Shown: piece after piece, positions 1-8,328 of the stretch | Layout: each line of letters begins with the position of its first letter | Position numbering within the stretch: the first letter of the stretch is position 1 | NCBI GenBank assembly: GCA_020343515.1 | Contig: CP070798.1 | Location: 5,692-69,691, forward strand | DNA: 64,000 bases | Source of the DNA: Thermoplasmatales archaeon | GTDB lineage: Archaea; Thermoplasmatota; E2; DHVEG-1 | Direction: 5' to 3' | Made by a program: the position numbers and the translations under genes | Notes under the pieces: generated by a model | The model's database searches: none | What the model was told of the DNA's origin: nothing | The model's input: only the letters and a program-made list of their open reading frames with translations

Positions 1-201
1 ACTATGAATAGCCCGACTATTGCCGGTAGGTATGGTATTATGGGTACACCTACGTTCAAGTTTTTTTGCAAGGGTCGTCCAGTGCAGGAGCTTTCTGGCG
101 CAATGTATCCTACCCTGTTGAAAAAGATAGTTGAGGAGGGCCTGGAGCATGGCGAGAATTGTGTAGAAAAAACATCTTGGGTTGACCCTGGTTACGCATG
201 A
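1..201 (+). CDS. thioredoxin-fold protein, C-terminal fragment (5' end lies outside the window)
   Basis: The frame is open from base 1 and stops at TGA 199-201. The GTPTFKFF.KGRPV..L.G segment matches the C-terminal half of thioredoxins. The CxxC site would lie upstream of the window. Confidence 0.6.
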   Translation, partial: TMNSPTIAGRYGIMGTPTFKFFCKGRPVQELSGAMYPTLLKKIVEEGLEHGENCVEKTSWVDPGYA

Positions 202-226
202 GCATACAGAGGAGTGTTTAGATTAC

Positions 227-787
227 ATGGATGTAAAAGAGGCAATAAATCTTAGAAGAGCATACCGTTCTTTGGAGCCCGTGAAGATAACAGAGGAACT
301 AATATATGATCTTGCAGAATGTGCACAACTTACTGCATCCTGTTTTAACAGTCAACCCTGGCGATATGTATTTGTATATGATTCAAAGGTTTTAAAGGAG
401 ATGCATGGGTCCCTATCTACGGGTAATGAATGGGCTAAAGCTGCTTCTATGATCATCGTAGTATTCAGTACAAAAGAGGATGATTGTGTGATTCGTGATA
501 GAGAATACTACTTGTTTGATACTGGTATGGCTACTGGATCTCTCATTTTGAGGGCTACAGAGCTTGGACTTGTGGCTCATCCCATAGCAGGATATAGTCC
601 CAAAAAGACAAGAGAGATCCTTGGCATCCCTGATCAACATAACATTATTACATTGGTAATAGTCGGTAAACATTCTAAAAAAATTAGTCCAGTTCTTTCA
701 GATAAACAAGTTGAGGCAGAAAAAAGAAGACCGGAGAGAATCCCTTTAAATAAAATTGTGTATATTGATAAATACAAGGGGAAATAA
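227..787 (+). CDS. nitroreductase-family flavoprotein
   Basis: The RRAYRSL, NSQPWRYVFV and HPIAGY motifs are typical of the NAD(P)H nitroreductase fold. ATG 227 follows a GAGGAG ribosome-binding site. The ORF-track TTG at 182 overlaps the upstream gene and is less likely. Confidence 0.8.
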   Translation: MDVKEAINLRRAYRSLEPVKITEELIYDLAECAQLTASCFNSQPWRYVFVYDSKVLKEMHGSLSTGNEWAKAASMIIVVFSTKEDDCVIRDREYYLFDTGMATGSLILRATELGLVAHPIAGYSPKKTREILGIPDQHNIITLVIVGKHSKKISPVLSDKQVEAEKRRPERIPLNKIVYIDKYKGK

Positions 788-791
788 AGAT

Positions 792-1073
792 ATGAAAATA
801 GAACATGTTAAAGGAATAAATAAAGGCAAAATAATGCTTTATGCTCTGAGCACATGTGTATGGTGTAAGAAGACGAAGAAGCTTCTTGATGATTTGGGTG
901 TCGAATATGATTTTATTTATGTAGATCATCTGGAAGGAAATGAAAAGGAAACGACAATGAAGGAGATAATGAAATGGAATCCTAGTTGTTCGTTTCCAAC
1001 CTTGGTGTTAAATGATAAAGAATGTATTGTTGGATTTAAAGAAGAGAAAATAAAAGAGGCTTTAGAGAGATGA
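792..1073 (+). CDS. glutaredoxin-like small thiol-disulfide protein (CVWC active site)
   Basis: The protein is about 93 aa. [29 protein letters not shown] shows a glutaredoxin/NrdH-like fold with a CxxC site. ATG 792 sits just after the nitroreductase stop, and the stop overlaps the next start (ATGA). Confidence 0.75.
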   Translation: MKIEHVKGINKGKIMLYALSTCVWCKKTKKLLDDLGVEYDFIYVDHLEGNEKETTMKEIMKWNPSCSFPTLVLNDKECIVGFKEEKIKEALER

Positions 1074-1573
1074 ATATCGAGTTTGATGAAAAAGTAGACA
1101 GATTATATAAGAAATTGTATCAGGACGCAGAGTCCTCAGGCTACCATCTCAACCCTGATGTGGATTTCACCAAAGATCTCGTAAGTGGCTTACTTGTTAA
1201 TGAAAAAAGATATGGCTATTGGGCCTGCCCCTGTAGACTGGCATCTGGAGATAAAGCCAAAGATCTTGATATCATATGTCCATGTGATTACCGAGATAAA
1301 GATTTAAATGAACATGGAATGTGTTACTGTGCACTTTATGTTTCAAGTAAAGTTTTGGAGGGGGAACAGGAAATAAAACCTATACCTGAACGTCGCCCAT
1401 CAAAAGATAAAAGAGAAAAGACAAAAACAAAACCTCCGGGCAGTATTTCATCATTCTCTAAACCAATATGGAGATGCAGAGTATGCGGCTATTTGTGTGG
1501 TAGAGACGAACCCCCCGAAATCTGTCCTATTTGTAAGGCAAAAAAGGAACGGTTTGAACTTTTTATTTCATAG
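1070..1573 (+). CDS. ferredoxin:thioredoxin reductase catalytic-subunit-like protein fused to a C-terminal rubredoxin-type domain
   Basis: WACPCR-(14 aa)-CPCD-(12 aa)-CYC reproduces the CPC/CPC/CxC cysteine pattern of the FTR catalytic chain. A Lys-rich linker follows. WRCRVCGY...CPICKAKK forms a rubredoxin-like CxxC...CxxC pair. Confidence 0.8.
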   Translation: MNIEFDEKVDRLYKKLYQDAESSGYHLNPDVDFTKDLVSGLLVNEKRYGYWACPCRLASGDKAKDLDIICPCDYRDKDLNEHGMCYCALYVSSKVLEGEQEIKPIPERRPSKDKREKTKTKPPGSISSFSKPIWRCRVCGYLCGRDEPPEICPICKAKKERFELFIS

Positions 1574-1575
1574 AT

Positions 1576-1767
1576 TTATCCTGCGCGGAAATCGTCACAT
1601 GCATCTTCATCTTCCATCGGTCTTGCATGTTCTGCATGTGCTGGCTGAGTACAAATATCCAGTGGTACCTTTTTCATGGGTTTCCCACAACACTCTGGAA
1701 TCTTCCCCTTCGAGACTTTGGCGTTTTTCCCGCAGTTTTCACATTGATATGTTTCTTCATCTATCAT
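1576..1767 (-). CDS. desulforedoxin-like mini metalloprotein with a Cys/His-containing acidic tail
   Basis: YQCENCGK...ECCGKPM gives the CxxC...CC arrangement of desulforedoxin and the desulfoferrodoxin N-domain. The gene lies 17 nt downstream of the hemerythrin gene on the same strand. Confidence 0.6.
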   Translation of the reverse strand: MIDEETYQCENCGKNAKVSKGKIPECCGKPMKKVPLDICTQPAHAEHARPMEDEDACDDFRAG

Positions 1768-1784
1768 AATGCCCCCTTTACATT

Positions 1785-2225
1785 TTATATAATCTCTTTT
1801 ATTCTCTCGGCAATTAGTTGTTTTTGCTGATCATTTAATGCTTGATCCAGTTTAGGATAGACATCTTTTTCTTCAAAGTTTTTGTGTTTTATCAGGAATT
1901 CTTTAAAACCGTAAACATTTGTAATTCTTCTTTTATTTCTAATGTCTCTTCTCATAAGGTGAAGTTCATTTAGAATCACGTTATGTTGTTTTGTTACTTG
2001 TGGCAACATTTTGTAACCTTCAATTACATCTTCCGGGTTGTAGCATGTAAATATTGCCTTTTCTTCTACGAAAATATGTTTTTCAAGATTCCATTCAAAT
2101 TTATTAAATGATTTCATCATTACTGGATAATCCTTTTCAACATTTGCTTCAAATTCTTCAATTAGTTGTTCAATTTTACAATGATCTTTTACCATCAATG
2201 CCACGATGTTTGTAGATTCTTTCAT
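1785..2225 (-). CDS. hemerythrin-like (HHE cation-binding) domain protein
   Basis: Helical His/Glu motifs recur along the protein (KDHCKIEQLIEEFE, LEKHIFVEEKAIF, QHNVILNEL, KHKNFEEKDVYP). Size and pattern fit a four-helix hemerythrin-type domain. Confidence 0.7.
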   Translation of the reverse strand: MKESTNIVALMVKDHCKIEQLIEEFEANVEKDYPVMMKSFNKFEWNLEKHIFVEEKAIFTCYNPEDVIEGYKMLPQVTKQHNVILNELHLMRRDIRNKRRITNVYGFKEFLIKHKNFEEKDVYPKLDQALNDQQKQLIAERIKEII

Positions 2226-2364
2226 ATTTGCAAATACCTCCCTAGATGAAATCAGTATGCACTCATATGTTTTATAGCTTACTTATTCGATGGACTCTAA
2301 AATAATAGCTAAACATAAAAAGATGTATCCTGCTATCGGTTAAGGATTTAAAAAGGGAGGATAT

Positions 2365-3312
2365 ATGAATCTCTTTATCACGACATTTGAGTCAGTAGCA
2401 GTGCTTCTTGGGATAGGACTCATAGGTTTTTGGATTATTAGAAGACGAATTGTACCTGGAAATGTTCTGGGTTTTTTGTCGCCTCTTGCTCTTGACATTG
2501 CCTTACCCAGTCTTATTTTTGTAAACATCATTCAGAATTTTTCTCCTAGTGATTCTCCGGATTGGTGGCAACTACCATTGTGGTGGGTTTTTTTCACCTT
2601 TGTCGCAGCTGGCCTAACGTTTGTCTTTATGTTTGCATCGAAGAAAAAAACTCGGCGAGAATTTGCCATTAGCTTATTTTACCAAAATGGAATATTCTTT
2701 CCACTGGCAATACTTGCTAGTATGTTTCCGGATGACCCTTCATATACAGTTTTTCTATTTCTTTTTACGATTTTCTTTGCTGCTTTCTTTTTCAGCACTT
2801 ATCATTTTTTCTTTGGAAAAAAGGAGGCTAGAATTTTAAATTGGAGGAGGATAATCCATCCAGTTCTCGTTGCAACAATATTGGCTATAATTATCAAAAC
2901 AGCGGGTTTTAAAGATTTGATCCCTAACCCAGTTATTCAAATTTTTGTTTTGCTAGGCGGTATGACAATACCATTAATAATGATCATCCTTGGTGGTAAT
3001 ATCTATGTTGACTTTCATAAAAAAGGACAACTTCAAATCATGGAATTAACAAAATTTGTAATAATTAAAAATATTCTTTTCCCACTTATATTCCTTAATA
3101 TTTTGTTTTTAATCAAACCTACATATCATATTGGTCTCATTATACTGTTACAAAGCGCTGTTCCACCAGTTACTGCAGTACCACTTGTTACAGAGCGTTC
3201 CGGTGGAGATCGATCTATTGTAAATCAGTTTATAGTGGCCAGTTTTATTTCATCTCTTGTATCCATTCCAATAATGGTTTATTTGTTTGAAATGTTGTTT
3301 ACTGCTTCATAA
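2365..3312 (+). CDS. AEC (auxin efflux carrier) family membrane transporter
   Basis: The 315-aa protein has about 10 predicted TM segments. The N-terminal pattern LLGIGLIGFWIIRRRIV...LPSLIF is typical of the AEC family. A GGGAGG ribosome-binding site precedes ATG 2365. Confidence 0.7.
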   Translation: MNLFITTFESVAVLLGIGLIGFWIIRRRIVPGNVLGFLSPLALDIALPSLIFVNIIQNFSPSDSPDWWQLPLWWVFFTFVAAGLTFVFMFASKKKTRREFAISLFYQNGIFFPLAILASMFPDDPSYTVFLFLFTIFFAAFFFSTYHFFFGKKEARILNWRRIIHPVLVATILAIIIKTAGFKDLIPNPVIQIFVLLGGMTIPLIMIILGGNIYVDFHKKGQLQIMELTKFVIIKNILFPLIFLNILFLIKPTYHIGLIILLQSAVPPVTAVPLVTERSGGDRSIVNQFIVASFISSLVSIPIMVYLFEMLFTAS

Positions 3313-3471
3313 TTTGTAATTCTATCTAAAATTACATCTATACATATTATCTCGCATTTTTTAAGGATTTAAGCCTTGGGTGAATTAAATGATCAACTAT
3401 CTGCATTGTAAACAAAAAGTATTATCGAAATTGAAAAATCTAAGTATTACCTCATCCTCGATAATTTTCAT

Positions 3472-4839
3472 TCATGGTTCTCTTAGATTTCCAAATGTTC
3501 GCAGAATCAATTCAGGTAGTGCTGGATGTATATGCATGCCTTGACCTATATATCCAAGTTGGCCACCTAAAGCCATTGCATTGATTACTTCCTGAATTAG
3601 AATTGGTGCATAGGGGCCAATTATATGGAATCCAAGAATTTTCCTATCTTTTTTATCAACAATGGCTTTTGCAAAACCTTCCATTTCCATCATTGCCTCC
3701 CCTTTTGCAACATCGCTGTACTTTGCGCGGCCAACAAGTATCTGATGATCCTTTCTTGCTTCTTCCTCAGTTAAGCCTACGGCAGCTATCTGAGGATAGG
3801 TAAAAACAGCATATGGCACGGCATTATAATCCATAGGAGCCTTATGACCATGTACTGCATTACGCCATGCAACAAGTGCTTCCTCATTTGCTACATGTTT
3901 AAACATATATTTACCAACGGCATCGCCAAAAGCCCAGATATTCCTCTTTTTCGTCTCGAGAAATTCATTAACCTTGATATAACCGCGTTCACCTGTTTCA
4001 ACTCCGGTATTTTCAACTTTAAGTAAATCTGCATTTGATTTTCTTCCAGCTGCAATCATTATCTCATCTGCAGTAAACGTTTTTTCTTGCTTCGTGTTCT
4101 TATCGTGAGCTATAACAGTTATTTTATTATCTTGTTTTTTTACCTCTAAAACTTCTAGGTTTAGATAGATGTCCATTCGTTCTGCCATTTGTTTTTTCAA
4201 CAATTCTGAAATTTCTGGTTCAGAATTTTTAATTAATCTGTTACTTCTTTGCAATATTGTGACTTTTGTACCCATGGCAGAAAAAAAATGGGCAAATTCA
4301 ACAGCTATATATCCACCACCTATTATAACTAAAGTATCAGGAAGCTTTTTTAAATCAAACACGTTTTCATTTGTCAAATAGTCAATGTTCTCAATTCCTT
4401 TAATAAGAGGAATCAATGGTCGTGCACCAGAACCAATAAAAATTTTTTCACCCTTGATCTGTTCTCCATTTATCTCAATTGTATAATCTGAAATAAAATG
4501 TCCAACACCTTTATAATAATGAAAACTCTTTGTGTTTTTTACCCCTTTTTCCATGTATTCATGTCTCTCACGAATGGGCTCTTTCATATGTTCCATAATC
4601 GCTCTAAAATCGACATCTTTAATCTCAGCCCCAATACCAAGTTTCTCTGCTTCTTTTATCTCCATGATTCTATCGGCAGGATAAACCAACATTTTTGAAG
4701 GTATACATCCAACGTTAAGGCAGGTTCCGCCGAGAGGCCCTCTATCTACCCAGGCGACAGTAAAACCACTAGTGAGTGCAGCCTCAGCAATTTCTCCGCC
4801 AGAACCACTTCCAATTACAATAACATCATATTTCTTCAT
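3472..4839 (-). CDS. class I pyridine nucleotide-disulfide oxidoreductase (dihydrolipoyl dehydrogenase / glutathione-reductase family)
   Basis: The N-terminus carries a GSGSGG FAD fold. GGTCLNVGCIPSK is the redox-active disulfide motif. A second GGGYIAVEFA dinucleotide fold and a C-terminal HIHPALPE dimer-interface motif are present. Confidence 0.85.
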   Translation of the reverse strand: MKKYDVIVIGSGSGGEIAEAALTSGFTVAWVDRGPLGGTCLNVGCIPSKMLVYPADRIMEIKEAEKLGIGAEIKDVDFRAIMEHMKEPIRERHEYMEKGVKNTKSFHYYKGVGHFISDYTIEINGEQIKGEKIFIGSGARPLIPLIKGIENIDYLTNENVFDLKKLPDTLVIIGGGYIAVEFAHFFSAMGTKVTILQRSNRLIKNSEPEISELLKKQMAERMDIYLNLEVLEVKKQDNKITVIAHDKNTKQEKTFTADEIMIAAGRKSNADLLKVENTGVETGERGYIKVNEFLETKKRNIWAFGDAVGKYMFKHVANEEALVAWRNAVHGHKAPMDYNAVPYAVFTYPQIAAVGLTEEEARKDHQILVGRAKYSDVAKGEAMMEMEGFAKAIVDKKDRKILGFHIIGPYAPILIQEVINAMALGGQLGYIGQGMHIHPALPELILRTFGNLREP

Positions 4840-4851
4840 ATTATTACTTTT

Positions 4852-5493
4852 TTATTCCCCTAAAATTTTTTTTAAACTATCAATGGCGCCTTTAATATTC
4901 TGCGATTTAATTATATAGGAACCCGAGACAAACATATTTGCCCCAGCTCTGTCAACAAGACCAATTGTCTTGTCAGTTATTCCGCCATCAACTTCGATAT
5001 CAAGATCAGGTCTCATCTCCCTAAGCTCAGATATCTTGTCGAGCATCTCGACTAGAAATGGACTACCATAAAAACCAGGATTAACAGTCATGATTAAAAC
5101 CTGATCAATCTCGTCAAGATATCTCTCAATTTGACTTATCGGGGTACCGGGGTTAAGCACAAACCCTACATGTTTATTTTTACTTTTAACCGTATCAATA
5201 ATTTCTTTGTAATTATTTGAGGATTCAGAATGTACAAGAATAGTATCAACTTTCAGGTAATTCTTTTCAATCCATCTCTCAGGATCATTAATCATTAAAT
5301 GGGCTTCGAAACGACATTTATTTTCTGGTAATTTAAAGTCAAAATGAATCGAGTTATTTGGAACAAACTTTCCATCCATAACATCAAGTTGAATCAACTC
5401 CACAAGATTTTTTACAAAGTTAATTTTATTTTCCAACTCGTTTTGAGCCTTCGCAATGACGGCAGGGATGATTTCTTTTCTTATCTTTTTCAT
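4852..5493 (-). CDS. rpe: ribulose-phosphate 3-epimerase
   Basis: The DVMDGKFVPN, MTVNPGFYG and VDGGI motifs are present and the length is about 213 aa. I prefer the ATG at 5493 to the upstream TTG at 5502. Confidence 0.85.
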   Translation of the reverse strand: MKKIRKEIIPAVIAKAQNELENKINFVKNLVELIQLDVMDGKFVPNNSIHFDFKLPENKCRFEAHLMINDPERWIEKNYLKVDTILVHSESSNNYKEIIDTVKSKNKHVGFVLNPGTPISQIERYLDEIDQVLIMTVNPGFYGSPFLVEMLDKISELREMRPDLDIEVDGGITDKTIGLVDRAGANMFVSGSYIIKSQNIKGAIDSLKKILGE

Positions 5494-5639
5494 ATTGACC
5501 AACTCGGCTTTACAATGGGGGCATACAATATAACATATAAAAGAAAATACAATGCCTCTTTAACCTTATATGAAAGTTTCAATTCTTAAATTCCTCATAT
5601 TGCATTGTACTTAATTTTGAGTTAGTTTAAATATTATTT

Positions 5640-5759
5640 TTATGCAAGTCCCTTTACTGCCGTTATACAACCTTCACAAACGTTCTTTACCTTTCCTTTT
5701 ATGTGAATGTGTTTAATTTTGTTATCAGGAACTTCCATTCCACAGATATCACATTTCAT
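5640..5759 (-). CDS. 39-aa zinc-ribbon mini-protein (not in the ORF track)
   Basis: The manual translation is MKCDICGMEVPDNKIKHIHIKGKVKNVCEGCITAVKGLA. It has a CxxC...CxxC pair and an AGGAG site about 8 nt upstream of the ATG. Confidence 0.45.
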   Translation of the reverse strand: MKCDICGMEVPDNKIKHIHIKGKVKNVCEGCITAVKGLA

Positions 5760-5804
5760 TTTTGTATTCTCCTACGAAATATTTTGATATTCAAGTTATT
5801 CTAG

Positions 5805-5927
5805 TTACAGGTGTTCCTTTTTATTTTCCATTAGCTCTTCCATTGTATCAAAGTTCATACCACATTTTAGGCAGCTAAACTTATCTTTAGCTATTATTTC
5901 CAATCCTTGACAATAGTACAAATTCAT
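5805..5927 (-). CDS. 40-aa Cys-containing mini-protein (not in the ORF track)
   Basis: The manual translation is MNLYYCQGLEIIAKDKFSCLKCGMNFDTMEELMENKKEHL. The CLKC...H pattern looks like a zinc finger. It lies directly upstream of, and co-directional with, the 5640-5759 ORF. No clear ribosome-binding site is present. Confidence 0.3.
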   Translation of the reverse strand: MNLYYCQGLEIIAKDKFSCLKCGMNFDTMEELMENKKEHL

Positions 5928-6358
5928 AACATATCTTTCTTTATAAATCTAGTAGTTTGAAGTGATGTAAAGTATTACTTCAAAAAAGGTGGTTGAGTTA
6001 GATTAAACCAATCTCAGTAAAAATCAATAAGACACCAAAAACGGCTTCAGTTGATTTTCTAAAAAAGCGGGAGTATCATCACATTTTTTCAATTTACTTT
6101 TTTCCTGATATATAATATTATATCGTCTATATGAAACTAAAAGGAATTAAGGGGTCTAGTAGGGAGGGTAAAAAGAATGAAAATAGTTTGTTTAGAAATC
6201 ATTTTTTACAACACTAGACCCTTCGAGCAATGACATTGTTACCTGGTATATAAACTTATTCCCTGTAATTTAGATTGTAATTTGTAATTTCTACTAAGGA
6301 AATATTTAAATCCTTTATAAAATATTATATACAATATATCAAAGGTGGCAATAAAATT

Positions 6359-8182
6359 ATGAACAAAAAGATAGTCGGAACATTTGTTGTTATTATTTTG
6401 ATAGCCGCTGCTATACCTACAGCTCAAACAATGGAAACATTAAATGCCCTTGAACCTGGATCTGAACCAGTAAAACAATCATGGGATAATACTATTACGA
6501 TATTTGTAAATACATCTACAATCGATGCTAGATCAGATTTAAATGATACAGAGAAAACAGCTTTAAAAAAACATATTCTTGACCACATCAAAGAAAACTT
6601 TGAAGGTGCGGTTGGTGAAGGGAATGTCACTGTCACCGATGATTCCTCACAACAGAGTGGGGCTGATAGAAACGTCAGTATAGAACCTGGTATGAGCGAT
6701 CCCCCGGGAGAGGCTTGGGGTCAATGTCAGGGTGGAAACAATACAGTCAAAGTTTTTCTGGGTGAATTTATGAATGATTCCAGTGTCAACGAATCTTTTC
6801 AAAACCCAGATGGGTCATGGAATATAACTAAACTTGGAAACGCTATTGGTCATACAGCTGGACATGAATTAGGACACAGTTATTCAGTTGGGCATAACCA
6901 TAATGAGCGATCAGCAGGCTTCCGCTATGTTATTATAAATCCTCCAAATGCCACCGATAATCGAAGTAAAATGACTACTGGTGAGAATATCAATGCCAGT
7001 GAACGGGCAAATATAAGATTCAATTTTGATAACCACACTAAAGACGTAGTTAATAATAATCTGGGAAAGGATGCATGTGAAGCATTCCCAGATTACGATG
7101 AGAATGTACTGATTACCAAATACTGGGGTCCACCTAGCCTTCCCGATAAACCAGATGAGGCTGGTTCTCTTGATGTTCTTTTCTTATTTTTAGTTGAAAT
7201 GTCTGGCTGGTTTGAATTAGGATTCCTTGGTAAAGATAAAGATGATGGGTTGTATGATGGGAATCCTGACTTTGACTTTATCTACAAAACTTCTTTGCTA
7301 AATAATGAAGACCTTGATGCAAAAATACTGACATTTATCGACGAATATCATGACCATATGACATGGCTATTAAGAGGAACCGAAGAATCTCCAAATCCTG
7401 GGGAATGGTTTATGCTAGATCCAGTAAATGTTGTACTTGAAGATTTTATCGATAACCCTGATGGTAAAGAGGTTGCTCGAGTAGTAAATATGATGTGGCC
7501 AGAGCAAGGCGTGAATATAACCTTCGATGCACTGTCTTTTGGCGAATTAAGCAATGAATTTAACGGATTTATTTATGGATATGTGCCAACAGCTCCACAA
7601 ATAATAGGACCAGAATCAGGGGAACCAGGCGTTGAATACAGCTTTACCATTATGTCAACGGATCCCGGAGGGTCCGACTTATTCTACTACATTGAATGGG
7701 GCGACGGCCAAATCGAGGATTGGATTGGACCTTATCCTTCGGGTGTAAATATAACGGTGAATCATACCTGGGAGGAAACAGGCACATATACAATCAGAGC
7801 AAAGTCTAGAAATCTTGACGAGACCGAGAGTAAATGGTCAGAAGATCACAAAATAACAATTATTCCGCCTGCTAGACTGGAAATTGGAAGAATTGTTGGT
7901 GGTTTTTTAGGAATAACTGCTCAGATTAACAACACTGGAACAATTAACGCCACTAACGTTGTCGGCAGCATGGTCCTAGAAGGAGGCTTTATACTCATCG
8001 GACAAGAAATATCAGAAAATCTTGGAACTATAGAACCGGGTAATATATCAGGTGTGTATAACGTCCCAGTGCTTGGATTTGGTCTCGTAAAAATAATTGT
8101 TTCGGTAAGTGCTGACGAGGTTGAAAAAATCACAAAGACTGCCAGTGGGTTCGTATTATTGTTCTATATCATAATCCATTAA
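6359..8182 (+). CDS. secreted/anchored zinc metallopeptidase (HExxHxxxxxH) with PKD-like and CARDB-like domains and a C-terminal TM anchor
   Basis: The protein has an N-terminal signal or TM segment. HELGHSYSVGH at 6863-6895 has metzincin-like three-His spacing. A YYIEWGDG...HTW...GTYTIRAKSRN PKD-like module and a C-terminal hydrophobic tail are present. An AGGTGG ribosome-binding site precedes the start. Confidence 0.75.
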   Translation: MNKKIVGTFVVIILIAAAIPTAQTMETLNALEPGSEPVKQSWDNTITIFVNTSTIDARSDLNDTEKTALKKHILDHIKENFEGAVGEGNVTVTDDSSQQSGADRNVSIEPGMSDPPGEAWGQCQGGNNTVKVFLGEFMNDSSVNESFQNPDGSWNITKLGNAIGHTAGHELGHSYSVGHNHNERSAGFRYVIINPPNATDNRSKMTTGENINASERANIRFNFDNHTKDVVNNNLGKDACEAFPDYDENVLITKYWGPPSLPDKPDEAGSLDVLFLFLVEMSGWFELGFLGKDKDDGLYDGNPDFDFIYKTSLLNNEDLDAKILTFIDEYHDHMTWLLRGTEESPNPGEWFMLDPVNVVLEDFIDNPDGKEVARVVNMMWPEQGVNITFDALSFGELSNEFNGFIYGYVPTAPQIIGPESGEPGVEYSFTIMSTDPGGSDLFYYIEWGDGQIEDWIGPYPSGVNITVNHTWEETGTYTIRAKSRNLDETESKWSEDHKITIIPPARLEIGRIVGGFLGITAQINNTGTINATNVVGSMVLEGGFILIGQEISENLGTIEPGNISGVYNVPVLGFGLVKIIVSVSADEVEKITKTASGFVLLFYIIIH

Positions 8183-8328
8183 ATATTCAAACCTACCTTC
8201 TTTTTATGTTTTCAATTAATTCTCAAGAGAAAAAAATCGATTACCTATTTTGAATAATATCAGGTAACAACACGAATTTCTTGGGGAACCGCATCATTAT
8301 AAATCATGTATTGTTTTCAAGTAAAAGT

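Noticed and set aside
1497-1830. Plus-strand ORFs 1497-1769 and 1627-1830, overlapping the end of the FTR-like gene and the desulforedoxin-like gene.
   Set aside because: They run antisense to, or out of frame with, genes that carry clear metal-binding motifs. Their translations are hydrophobic and low-complexity with no start context.
6152-6233. A 9-bp perfect inverted repeat (GGGTCTAGT / ACTAGACCC) encloses a GGAGG site and an 18-codon mini-ORF (6177-6233) upstream of the metallopeptidase gene. I considered a leader-peptide or riboswitch-like element.
   Set aside because: A rough back-of-envelope estimate suggests several 9-bp inverted repeats with loops under 60 nt are expected by chance in 64 kb. 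The 52-nt loop makes a weak hairpin and the peptide has no recognisable feature. It is not enough to call an element.
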